DNA of 64,000 nucleotides from Orbicella franksi (Eukaryota): NCBI GenBank assembly GCA_964199315.1, contig OZ116701.1, positions 9,238,001 to 9,302,000 of the forward strand, read 5' to 3'. Shown piece by piece: positions 48,555 to 59,453 of this stretch (position 1 is its first letter; each line of letters starts with the position of its first letter). The notes under the pieces were generated by a model. It saw only the letters and a program-made list of their open reading frames with translations, ran no database searches and was not told where the DNA came from. The position numbers and the translations under genes were made by a program.

Positions 48555-48610
48555 ATATTAACATATCTTGTTGGACTTAAAAATTATCATATTTCAGCAG
48601 TAATCTTTAA

Positions 48611-49164
48611 AGTGCCACTATGATCAAATTCTCCATACCCATTTTTTTACATTTTCGCACACAATAGGTCTTTCCTAGATTTCTTGCCAAATTTCAATCT
48701 ATTACGAACATTAGAACTCATGTTGTTTCGACCTTTATTTCCGAGAATTTACGGCCGCCATTAATTTTCCTTGTTCCAAGTCTTGGTTAAGAACTTGAGA
48801 AAATGACGTCATTTTCTCAAAAATACCGCACGGGTTGAAATTATAATAACAATTAGCACAGCAATTCACATAAAGAATAACAAAAACTTTGGCTCATATG
48901 TTCGTGCAATTTTTTACATTAATTGTTATTATAATTTCAACCCGTGCGGTATTTTTGAGAAAATGACGTCATTTTCTCAAATTTTCAACCAAGACTTGGA
49001 ACAAGGAAAATTAATGGCGGCCGTAAATTCTCTGAAATTAAGGTCCAAAAACCACGAGTTCGAATGTTCGTAAAAGACTGAAATTTGGCAAAATATCTAA
49101 GAAAGACCTATTGTGTAAGAAAATGTAAAGAAATGAATATCGAGAATTTCCTCATAGTAGCACT
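48611..49164. mobile_element. Non-autonomous DNA transposon (MITE) with about 245-bp TIRs and TTAA TSD, Kolobok-like
   Basis: TTAA|AGTGCCACTATG ... CATAGTAGCACT|TTAA. TTAA TSD plus purine-purine termini fits Kolobok rather than piggyBac (CC termini). Confidence 0.7.
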
Positions 49165-49289
49165 TTAAGGTGGCTGAACACAATTTTTGATACCTGTGTT
49201 TCATTCAGCTTTCTCTCTAAAACCCTTGATCCCTCGGTCGTTAAAAATGGCAGCAAGCAAGTTAACAACACAAACTTTGGTTTTTTGAT

Positions 49290-49370
49290 GGTTGGGCTTT
49301 CTGGGCAGAAATTCCAATATCTTCACAGTACTTGACCTAAAAATAACAATAGGCTCTTCTTAGGAACGTT
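49290..49370 (-). pseudogene. Small third SLC16-like fragment (exon 3 acceptor and first codons)
   Basis: gctttctgggcagaaattccaatatcttcacagtacttgaccta matches 42155-42203 and 59782-59826. Confidence 0.55.
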
Positions 49371-49789
49371 CTTTCAGGTTCGGGTTAAGTTAATGCAGAT
49401 CTAAAACAAAGGTTGAGCCGAAGATCGTGCCACAACGAAAACAAGAATTGAACCAGAAATCCTAGATCTGGTAGGTTTGACGGTGCGCGCGCATCTAAGC
49501 TCGATGATGCTAGCTGACCTCGATTAATGTTGCCTCACCTTCAGATTTCTCCCAGAGGTCGCTATTCTTGCTGCCTCTGGGAACGAAAACACCATGGACA
49601 ACAGTTTCGTCCGTCTTAGGGCTTGCAGCGCCAATGGGGAGGGCGGGGGGTGGGGGAGGTTGGTGGACTCCTATATGAGAAGGTCGGGTCTCACTTAGCT
49701 GTCAAAGTATCTTTGAGGGTGTACTCGAACTGAATAATAATAAAAAACGCTCTTATTTCCGTCTCTAGGCTCTATTTCTGCCGGTCACT

Positions 49790-51630
49790 CGCGTCCGTAT
49801 CGGCCTCTTCATGGTTGCACTGACCCATTGCATGTTCAGATCCATGGGAAACCACAGATGTTCCTACGACACAATTAAATCACAGAGGATTATAGATTAA
49901 ACAGCATAGGAACAATTATTCAAAGAATCAATACATTTTACAGCTTTACTAACCAGATGTAATGTATAATGTTCTGTCGAGGGGCTATTGGAATTACGCT
50001 ACTTTCGACGTCAGAAAGGAAAACAGCTCAGACTTGTTGTCACGGTCTCGCAGAAACATCATTCAGTTCTTTGGAAGCTTCGTTTGGCCTGCTACTTTCC
50101 TTCTGACCCCTTGACCTCTTTTCTCCGTTGTTGCGTCCTTTAGGCTATCAGGAACGTATGTGTCCAACACCACATCCACACGTTTGCTTTGATGGAGCTG
50201 CTGTCGAAGCTTCGACAGTGGGCAGACAGTGGACTATTAGTGCGCCATCCAAGACTTTGCAGTCAATCCCTCTGACAGACGACCTGACAATTCAAAATCT
50301 TTAAGTTCAAGGGCCATTTGACGGATGCTCCTATCAGTTTCCAGCACCAAAAAACAGTGAAGCTTGTCGCCGTCGTCTCCTCCTAAACACAATAAACATT
50401 GCGATCACTCTTCGGAGACAGATTGGTGTTTCCTGCATTTCGGTGCGGGTCTTTTAAACCTCACCTGCTCTGCTGTCCTCGCTTCGTTTTCGGCGGGCAC
50501 GCTCTTGAGCTTTCTTTAGCTTTGAAATACTAAACTTCAGGTGACAGGACTTGTGCCAAGAACCGTGATTACGACAAAGGCAATCTACATCAACATCGTC
50601 GCCAAATTTAAGCTCCACAGGTAAACCGTCTGCTTCCCGAAAGCTGTTGACATTTTGAAGGAAAGCCAAATACGTTTGGCGGCTAGCTTCAGGTGGTCCA
50701 TTACTGTTTAGAGGACACTTTAATGCTTCTCTCGTAGACTCCTGACAAATGATGCACTTTTTCCAATCAAATGACATTGAAATTAAAGCTCCTAGAAGAA
50801 TAAAAACGAAATTTAAAGTCAACTATGCAGTGAAGAAACCTTATTACTTTCATTAAAATTACCGTTTTTCTCCCTATAATTCTTACAATTAACTATTTGT
50901 TGTACCTGCAGACTGAGATAAATGATAACCAAAATGATCTGCTCTCTAGATTTCAACAACTAATCACTGTTATAAAACAATCAAATGGATTAAATCATGA
51001 CCAAAGACATAAAAAAATAAAAGATTTCTTGTGCATAGTTCCAACAGAAACTACTTTCATGATGAACTGGTCCTGCCTATTCAAACAGGAGCCTTGTAAA
51101 ACAAACGTTTTCACTTAAACTCGCTTAAAACTATTCTAATAGATAAACAAAATATATTATTTCTACCCTCCCTACATAATTTTAGCATATTCAAGTTCTT
51201 TTGCAAAGAATTTTTGACACTTTCTTCAGATACTTACAGATACAGCAGAGCAACAAAGAGGCCGCCATCTTGGATGAACGAGCGAGGCATGGGCTTGAAT
51301 CTTTTCTGTGCTACTAAAAGAGATGTTTCTTTGCCACTAGTGCATCGGAAACGAATCAGAAGACACAAACATACATATAAAAACTGAAAAATGCTTGTTT
51401 TGAAAGCATTTCTTTGCATTTGCTAATAAAATAGATTTACACCACAGGTATCACATACCTTGATTTTGGTCAAAAACTAAAATCTCCCTAAAACGGGAGC
51501 GTGAGCAGATTGACATGGGCACCCCTTCTAATATCATTTGCTAGGGTATAAGCAAGCTGTGTGCCAAATTTCATGCTTTTATCACTCTTGTCACGATCCA
51601 GCCTAAATTTTGCGTTAAGCCACCTGACTA
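49790..51630 (-). mobile_element. Internally deleted Academ(X)-like DNA transposon remnant
   Basis: N-terminal Cys-rich part (WKKCIICQ...LKCP...WHKSCHLKF; CLLC..KLH) is fused near 50265 to XPG/PIN-like nuclease motifs (KVLDGALIVH, RVDVVLDTY..SLK, RGQGVRRKV, FLRD..NKSELFSFL, CNHEEADT). Putative TAGT terminus at 51630. Confidence 0.6.
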
Positions 51631-52908
51631 TGTGGACCTTTTGAGGATATCAGCTCCCTAAGAGGCCGGGTAACAAAACCGCTTTTTTAACCCCTAAAAG
51701 GTACGACGAGTACCCTCCCCCCCCACCCCCGGGGCAAGACCCTCAATGCTTCCCGAGGCAACGGGTAGCAGGGTTGAGGCTAGGAGAAACAAAACTCGCT
51801 GTTTCCCATGGGGTCAGTCATAAAGCAAAATTAACGTTAACATACCCATCCAGCGTTAAAATTGGTTTTACACCCGCTTTCAGTGTTACGTGCGTAGGAG
51901 ACATCTTTCGACATACCACACGAGGTTCGTTACACTGTTGACAACCAAGTGCTTTGTTTATGTAGAAATTTGTTATTCCGCTTACTATTTTGGGGTTCAA
52001 CATCCTGTGTATTTAAACTTAACTGACCTGAACCTGGAACCTTATTACAGACATTCACCGTTTACTAAATAACAGAAACATGTCCAATTAGCCCACAAGG
52101 AGTGGAATTTCCATCCGGTCGTCATAGTCGCAAGTCCGTTATACTGAGGACTTGAAAAAGCTCTTAGCCACTGAATGTGTGGTTACCGCAGAAGATTATT
52201 TCTGCTTTCGCTATTTTATCAGCAAAGTGACTACTAAACTAGGATAGCATAAGCTGAGTAACCACATAGTATCAGACTTCTTAAAAACTAAACTCGGCCA
52301 AGTATTCTCTTCTAACATCTCAGCTGCACATTTGTGAACTGGTGGTGCAAAACATCAGTTAGCTTATATTGCATGTGGCGTTTGCAATATAATCAAATCG
52401 ACCTTTTAAATCGATTTTCTTAGAACTACTTATCTCTTTCAAATGTGGACATAAAGCGACTTTATTTGTTTTCAAAAACAAGATGAGACATCAAATATAT
52501 TTGTCTCGTTTTTATTTTGCATCAGACTTTCTTCGTGGCTCGCAAGCCGTAGTTGAAGGATTTAAAGTCGCCTACACGTCTTTAAATATAAATTTCACTT
52601 CCTTGGTTACCAAGAAAGATATGTGTTTGAAGTATTTCACTCCCCTATTCTTCTCTTCCTATCAACCCTTCCCCTCACGCAGTCTACCCCCATCCCCTTC
52701 CTCTCTATTGAAGTTAATTTTTCAGAAAGTTTCAAAGCATAATTGCCATCAGCTATGATCAAGTGGCTGATGAAAAATAACTCCGACCTCACTGAGCCAG
52801 TTACAAAGACAACAAAAGCGCTATTCATTGCTGTTCTCAATCGCATTATGCCCTACACTGGCACTGAAATGACAATGCATTCTTCCATTTTGCTATATCA
52901 CGTGAGTT

Positions 52909-53254
52909 ATCTGCCAGGGCATGCAACATAATCTGAATATCAACGAATCACGAGATCAACCGTTGAACAAGGAATAAAAACAACTCAAAACAAGGACAAC
53001 AAGGAAGGTTATTCACCTCTTATCTCAAACCATTTCCGCCCTCCATTTGACTGACATTTGGTTCCTTCTCGGTTCCCTCTATTATAAAAAGCCCCACTAC
53101 CTCAGTGCTCCAAATCACTTGGAACACGCTGTTGAGCTTTAGGTTATTCTGCAAGCGAAGCCAAGAAGTTGATCTCGGTGCTGGCGAAGCCTCACAACCC
53201 GGTGTGCAAACACTCGATCACGCTTCCTCTTTGATTTATTTGTGGTTTTATTAA
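52909..53254 (+). repeat. LTR-like direct repeat, copy 1 (about 345 bp)
   Basis: Aligns with 54624-54862 and 54899-55245. Contains TATTATAAAAAG followed by TCAGT. Confidence 0.85.
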
Positions 53255-53796
53255 ATTTCTTTTGTATTTCTTTAATGACCTATTCTTGTTGTTGAATATA
53301 CATGCGACGCCTTTCAAAGGTCAAGTATAAGCGAAAAAATAATAACGATATTTAATTGTAACACACCATATTTGGACAGTTTAACAAGGGCCAGGGTCCT
53401 TAAAAAATCACGGGTTAAACTATGTTTTAATCAGAAAGTACAAGGATATAAACCAAGAGATAAAAAAAGCAGGTATAGGGATTACAACAATACGGACGGC
53501 ACTGACGTCGAGTGGTTCAAAATACAATACAGAGAGTACACGAATTGCCCACTATGCAATATGTTATTTGAAATTTCCATTTTAGAAGACAATAAAGTAA
53601 CTAAGCAATATTACAGCTGAAAAAAAGGAAAATAAACAACCACACACAATTTCAAATTGCCAATTAATGTGCATAAAAAATTAAATGTCTCTGACAAATA
53701 GAAAAAATAGCACATTTGTGCCGGTCATTATCTACAAGTGATACAACAACAGTTTATTTCGTGCGTCCAAGGGCGGTAGAGTCAAGATCAAAAGGA

Positions 53797-54342
53797 CTAG
53801 TGTCCAGAAGCGATTGCGACTCCCTTTTCAATTTGTTCCATAACAGCTCCAGTTACCTCTGTTCCTTTCTTGGCCAAATCCAGAATGTTGTTCCAACGCT
53901 CTGTATCCACGCTCCATTCTCCGGTTGTTTTATCTTTATATCCACTGAACGCAATTCTGACCCCTGCATGGAAAGGCGGGAGGTAAGTTTTATCTTGCCA
54001 GCTGAACTGAACCGACGCCCATTGTGTTTGAGCATCGGAGCCAGTTCTGGTTGGACTCTCGTCGGCGCCATACCATAGCATCTGAAAACCGCAGGGAATG
54101 AACATGTTGACGGTGTCGTCCGTTCTATCAATCACAACTTTCCACTGATGGTTGTACCTATCTGTGAAGGTGAACTCAAAGGGAAGTTCGGAATTCTTTT
54201 TTCCGTAGCGAAGCGTGTCGTAAGTGCGTGATCCTTCGATGTACTGCAGTTCGCCTCCCTTCTTACGATAGACACTGTTCATACCCTCATATGTCACCAG
54301 TGCTGCAGGTGTAATCGCTTTTCCATCACAAAAGATCTTCAT
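53797..54342 (-). CDS. Single-exon 181-aa ORF of unknown family
   Basis: Uninterrupted ATG-to-stop ORF with good Kozak context (ACAATG), AATAAA 39 nt after the stop (53753-53758), and globular, aromatic-rich, protein-like composition. No family recognised. Confidence 0.6.
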   Translation of the reverse strand: MKIFCDGKAITPAALVTYEGMNSVYRKKGGELQYIEGSRTYDTLRYGKKNSELPFEFTFTDRYNHQWKVVIDRTDDTVNMFIPCGFQMLWYGADESPTRTGSDAQTQWASVQFSWQDKTYLPPFHAGVRIAFSGYKDKTTGEWSVDTERWNNILDLAKKGTEVTGAVMEQIEKGVAIASGH

Positions 54343-54623
54343 TGTGCAAGATGTTTTCGAAACTAATCGTGCCAGCTACAGCGCACTTTGCCAACAACAA
54401 ACCGCGAATGCAAGACTACAGCTGAAATGGGAAAGAACTTCGCCTAGTAACCACTATAAGATGAGTCACAACTCCTGCTGATTGGCTGAAAAAAATCATA
54501 CGACTGCTATACGACAGTCATGACTTTAAAACAATGTTAATTTGATGACTCATTTTAAAGGGAAAGTACCATTGTACTAAATCATCAACTTCCTGTTTTC
54601 CGGAAAAAAACATGTTTAATAAC

Positions 54624-55245
54624 ATCTGCCAAGGCATGCAACATAATCTGACTATCAACGAATCACGAGATAAACAGTTGAACAAGGAATAAAAACAATT
54701 CAAAACAAAGACAACGAAGAAGCTAAGATTATTCACCTCTTGCCTCAAACCATTTCCGCCCTCCATTTGGCCGACATTTGGTTTCTTGCTGATTCCTTCT
54801 ATTATAAAAAGCACCCCTACCTCAGTGCTCCAAGTCACTTGGAACACGCTGTTGAGCTTTAGAGTCGGCTTCAGAGTACTTTTCCACTGATTCCAAACAG
54901 GGCATGCAACATAATCTGACTACCAATGAATCACGAGCCAGAGATCAACCGTGGCAGATCAACCGTTGAACAAGGAATAACTTGACAACTCAAAACAAAG
55001 ACAACAAGGAAGGTTATTCACCTCTTGTGTCAAACCATGTCCGCCCTCCATTTGACTGACATTGGGTTCCTTCTTGCCGTTCCTTCTATTTTAAAAGGCA
55101 CCGCTTCCTCAGTGTTCCAAATCACTTGGAACACGCGTTGAGCTTTAGGTTATCCTGCAAGCGAAGCCAAGAAGTTTAGTTTATCTCGGTCGGTGTGCAA
55201 GCAGTCGATTACGCCACTTCTTTGATTTATTTGTTGTTTTATTAA
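54624..55245 (+). repeat. LTR-like direct repeats, copy 2 (partial, 54624-54862) and copy 3 (54899-55245) in tandem
   Basis: Shared blocks ggcatgcaacataatctga, cagtg(c/t)tccaa(a/g)tcacttggaacacgc and ttgagctttag. Copies 1 and 3 both end in tttgatttatttgt(g/t)gttttattaa. Confidence 0.85.
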
Positions 55246-57736
55246 CGCCTTTGGAATAGACAGAGATTCATCATGGTAGGAGCCGGCACAGGCTGGACTC
55301 GAGGTTCTTAACAAGGTGCTAGCAGTCGGGATGAATGGTCAGTACGTCAAACTCGTTCTAGTGAAAATCACCTTTCTGAACTGATGCCAGTAGTAACAGT
55401 AACAAACCATAAATTTCTATAACCCCATTCAAGATATGGCAATAGTGCTATTGCATCAGTGTTCTCATGGTGCCTCTATTGTACTTGTCACTAGGTAATT
55501 TGTTTCTTCGGTGGGTTAAAACTAACCTCTTGCTAAAGGAAAGATTTAAAAAAGCGCTGTTCGAACAGCGTGATAGCTAGCATCGACAGGCAGCCAGTTC
55601 TGGCAAGATCATAACGTTACAGGTCGATCGCATCAAAGAAATTTACCCTGTTTCACACACTGACAAGATTGCTCGGGGAAAAAAAGATTACTCAGTGTTT
55701 GGAAAGCAGGCTATGTCCATGCACTTATGAAGTAGCTTAAACTGGCTCTGATTCGCTAGTTTCGTATGTTTTACAGAATAGCGTTCTCCTCTAGCACAGC
55801 ACAAATACACCATATGCAACAAATTTATTCAAGGAAAGAGCTGTGTGATATTTAATTTACTAGAATTGCGAATGATATGAAAGGTGTTTGAAAGCTTTCA
55901 GTTCATATGAATAACTTTTTAAAATATCTCAAATTTCAGCTTTAGACAACATTTCCGTGAATACTACATTGAAAACGAGGCAATGATTGCCTGGTGGAAT
56001 GACTGGAAAGCGAGAGACCAGAGAGCTAAAATCGAGAGAACTTTCAACCACGGCCGCTTTTCTAAGGAGAAAAAAAAAAAAAGAAGAAAAAAAAGACACT
56101 AAACACTAAAGCAATAAGTAACATTTTTGACGTGATTACCCATAGATTCCGCGTGAAACAACAGAAAGATTAGAGGTCTGCGCGCAGGCTAAAAATGGCC
56201 TGAATGTACAAAGAAATTGGTACCCTCAGATGTTTCAAGTGTGGAATTCCTCGATACCCTAGTGTATTGCTCAAAGTTTCTCTTGTATTTTCATTTTTCG
56301 TTTGAGAATAATGGCAATTTTTTTTCTCTCTTTCTCTCTCTCTCTTCAGGTATAGTCAATGGCAGATGGTACTGTTGCTTTACTCAAGAAGGCTTGCGGG
56401 CCAAATGACAGCCTCTTGACTAAACAAGAAGATTTTAGAGTGTGGATGATATTCCGTCCGCCAGTAGCTTCTCGATAGAACTCTTACAGTTTTGATTATT
56501 TTGTTTCTAGTTTTCACATGTATGCTAATTGTCACGTAAAATTTCAAAGAGATGTACAATTTAGCTTTTCTTACGAGACATTAAGGCAAAATAGTCCGCC
56601 TCCTTTCATTCAGAAGTAAAGGGATCACTTTTCTTCATAGGCTACAAATTAAAAGAAAGGGAAACCATTGTGTGTTTAATTGATCCACTAAACATGTAAT
56701 TTCGTGAATCGCTTGTTACATTTATCAAATTTAGCGAGCGAATTGTTCTTTAGTAAGAAATCTAAGTACACGATTACATCACATGTCTGATGTATGGGCT
56801 TTGCGCTGGTTAAAAAGCAGTTTTGAAATAATCTCAGGCTGGTATTAGAGGTTTTGGAGAGCTTGTACCCTACTTTTAGTTATTCAAACGATCATTCGAT
56901 ATGAGAATTTTGTGTCAAATAGTCTATGAGTTTTCGTAATTTCAAATTTCAGATCCACCCTGAAGTCATCTAGTTGCAAACGGCTCTGTTACATCTTTGT
57001 TTCAAAGCAACGCGCTCGATTATATCATATCTTTCCGACTTTTGATATTCTTTTACTTAGACAACGAACATAGAAAGTTCTTCGAGTGAACTCATCGCCC
57101 AAGGTTTCAAACCAGGTCAACGTAGTAAACCAGCACAAGGAAGAATTTCAAAAAAGAAGGAGTGTTTAGCGCTTATAAATAAAGCTATAGTATATCAAAG
57201 ACAAGCATAAACGTCCGTATTGTACTTTTGAGCCTGACAGAGGATGAAGCACTGACATTTGATAGTCAAACAAGTAAAGAACAAAATAGTTATCTTTCCC
57301 GAGAGAGCCGCGATCTATCTTGCCTGTATAACCGTACCGTGATGTAAATTAGGGGACTTCGACAGTTTCCTTAAGAAGATTGCCAATCAAAGGTGCAGCA
57401 ATTATGTTCAATTTGAATTATTTGTTTCAGTTGTTTGCTCGGCCCCACTAGCACTTGTGCTAAAACACTGCCGAGGGTAAATAAGGTTTTTTTATTAATT
57501 TTTTTATTTTTATTTTTTTATTTTTATTTTTAAAAGCAGTAAAACAAATTATCTGCGATGCTTGTAGATTTGTTCACTTAAAGTCCCTATAAACGTGCAA
57601 TAGACAGTATGCTACAATGTTGGTTTTCTCAATAAGCTTTATGTTGTGTTCTTCGTGTAAATCAAACTTTAGTCACCTTCAGCAACACGCTTTTTAAGAA
57701 GTATGTTTAAATTATGAAAACATAAAACCATTTAAC

Positions 57737-57781
<45 letters not shown>

Positions 57782-58003
57782 TTTATTTAAGTGTCGATGT
57801 ATTTAGCACTAGCGTGCTAATTGGGGACACTGTAAATAAATAAACAAATATTTCAAATATAACATAAACTATTAAGAATCCCACCTGGTGGGAGGCTGAC
57901 CAGTTGGCTATTTACACAACGCGGCCGAGGAGTCGAACTCGGGGCTACCGAGAACAAATCCAGATAGCGGTAGGAACCTAAACCAGTCGGCCACGCCGCC
58001 TCC
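57737..58003 (-). mobile_element. Second SINE family copy with a (TTA)n tail; related copy on the plus strand at about 34715-34980
   Basis: Reverse complement of aaatagccaactggtcagcctcccaccag(g/t)tgggatt. (AAT)n run at 57737-57780. Confidence 0.65.
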
Positions 58004-59453
58004 GCTAATACCTTCATTTGATGACCCTTAAATTAAAAACAGTTATTTCAGAAGAAGTAACCGGTGTTGATTATCGATTTCAAATCATACATATGTGCCG
58101 TAAAATTTCGCCGTTAATAAGCCCTGATTTACGTTGATTCAAAAGGCTTAGTTAAGTAAGATGGGCTTATTTTGCAGAGCAATCGTAACCGACGGTGAGG
58201 GGAAAGGGGCATTTGATTAAACAATTATTTTCCATTGAACTTATTTCATTCTGCAATCAAGGAACGATACAGTAGAAAAGCCGTTACAAATTGAGGCGAA
58301 TGCTAAAAAAAAATAGCTACTTTTTCAACCGCGCTTTGCTTTGTTAGAAAACATTTGGGAGTATTAAAAGTTCAGGATTAGTCGCAAACAACAATTGTAT
58401 CCGGCGTGCTTTTAGTTTCATAACACAACAAAGCACGGTTAAGGATTTTTGACTTAATTATTGAATCTAAAATTCAGTGAGCGATGATGTTCAACTAATC
58501 AAACAATACGTTTGGCTAGCGAGTGCCGGTTGATTGTTCATTATGATATTGGACCTACGGTTCAATCTACAAAGCACGTGCCAATAAACTGTTGTTGCGC
58601 GACAAATAACATCTCACAACCTCTGTTTGTTTCAGGCTCTTTTCGGAGCATGAATGAAGATATATATCAGTGTAATGTTTATCCGTACTGCACAAAAAAA
58701 TCCGGGTAATGTAAATTAATGTTCCTTTACTTGACAATTCAGTTCTACGCAATTCAAATACAATAAAAATGGTGCGCGCAAAATTTGTATGCTTGGATGA
58801 ACTTTTCAATGTATGCTGTGGAAAACAAATTTTCCTACAACATTGTCATGATATTTGGCGAATTTACACACTTTGAATACCTGCTTGCTGATTACTTACT
58901 TTTTTACTTATTTGTTTACCGGCTACATCAACATTATACCTAGGATATCATGTTAGATCACGGCAAACAAGGTAAAAAAATTAAACTAAAAATAGTGAAC
59001 TGGATGGCAATAACAAACGTTTAAAAATGAAGTCAGCAGGTCAGTTGAGCAAGTTATCAAACGTGCTGATAGTCTACTTTTAAAAAAACAAAACAAAATA
59101 AGAGAATTAAATAACGAGAGATTAATACCACGTGTGCATGGCCTAGTTAAAAAAATTTAAAATTATGTATAACTGAGCCTTAAAAAGTGTAAAACTGAAC
59201 ACACTGTTTGCACGTATTAAGTCTGATTGTGCTTGATCCGTGATCGTGGAATATTTTTCAAACATTTTCAGTTGTGCAATAAATCTCTTATTAACCAATC
59301 CCGCGAGGTAGTTCAGCTATATTAGAACAATATCAGGCTGTTGTCTTATTTGCATCGACCACGCTGTGCTCGGACCGTGCTGTCAAGAATTAGGGCCTGT
59401 ACTAACCCAGTACAGCTCTCACACTCGGTTCAAAATAAGAAAACTTTACTCAC

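Noticed and set aside
53372-53620. 82-aa plus-strand ORF with CPLC between the direct repeats
   Set aside because: It needs a non-ATG start, is AT-rich, has no domain signal, and is probably chance.
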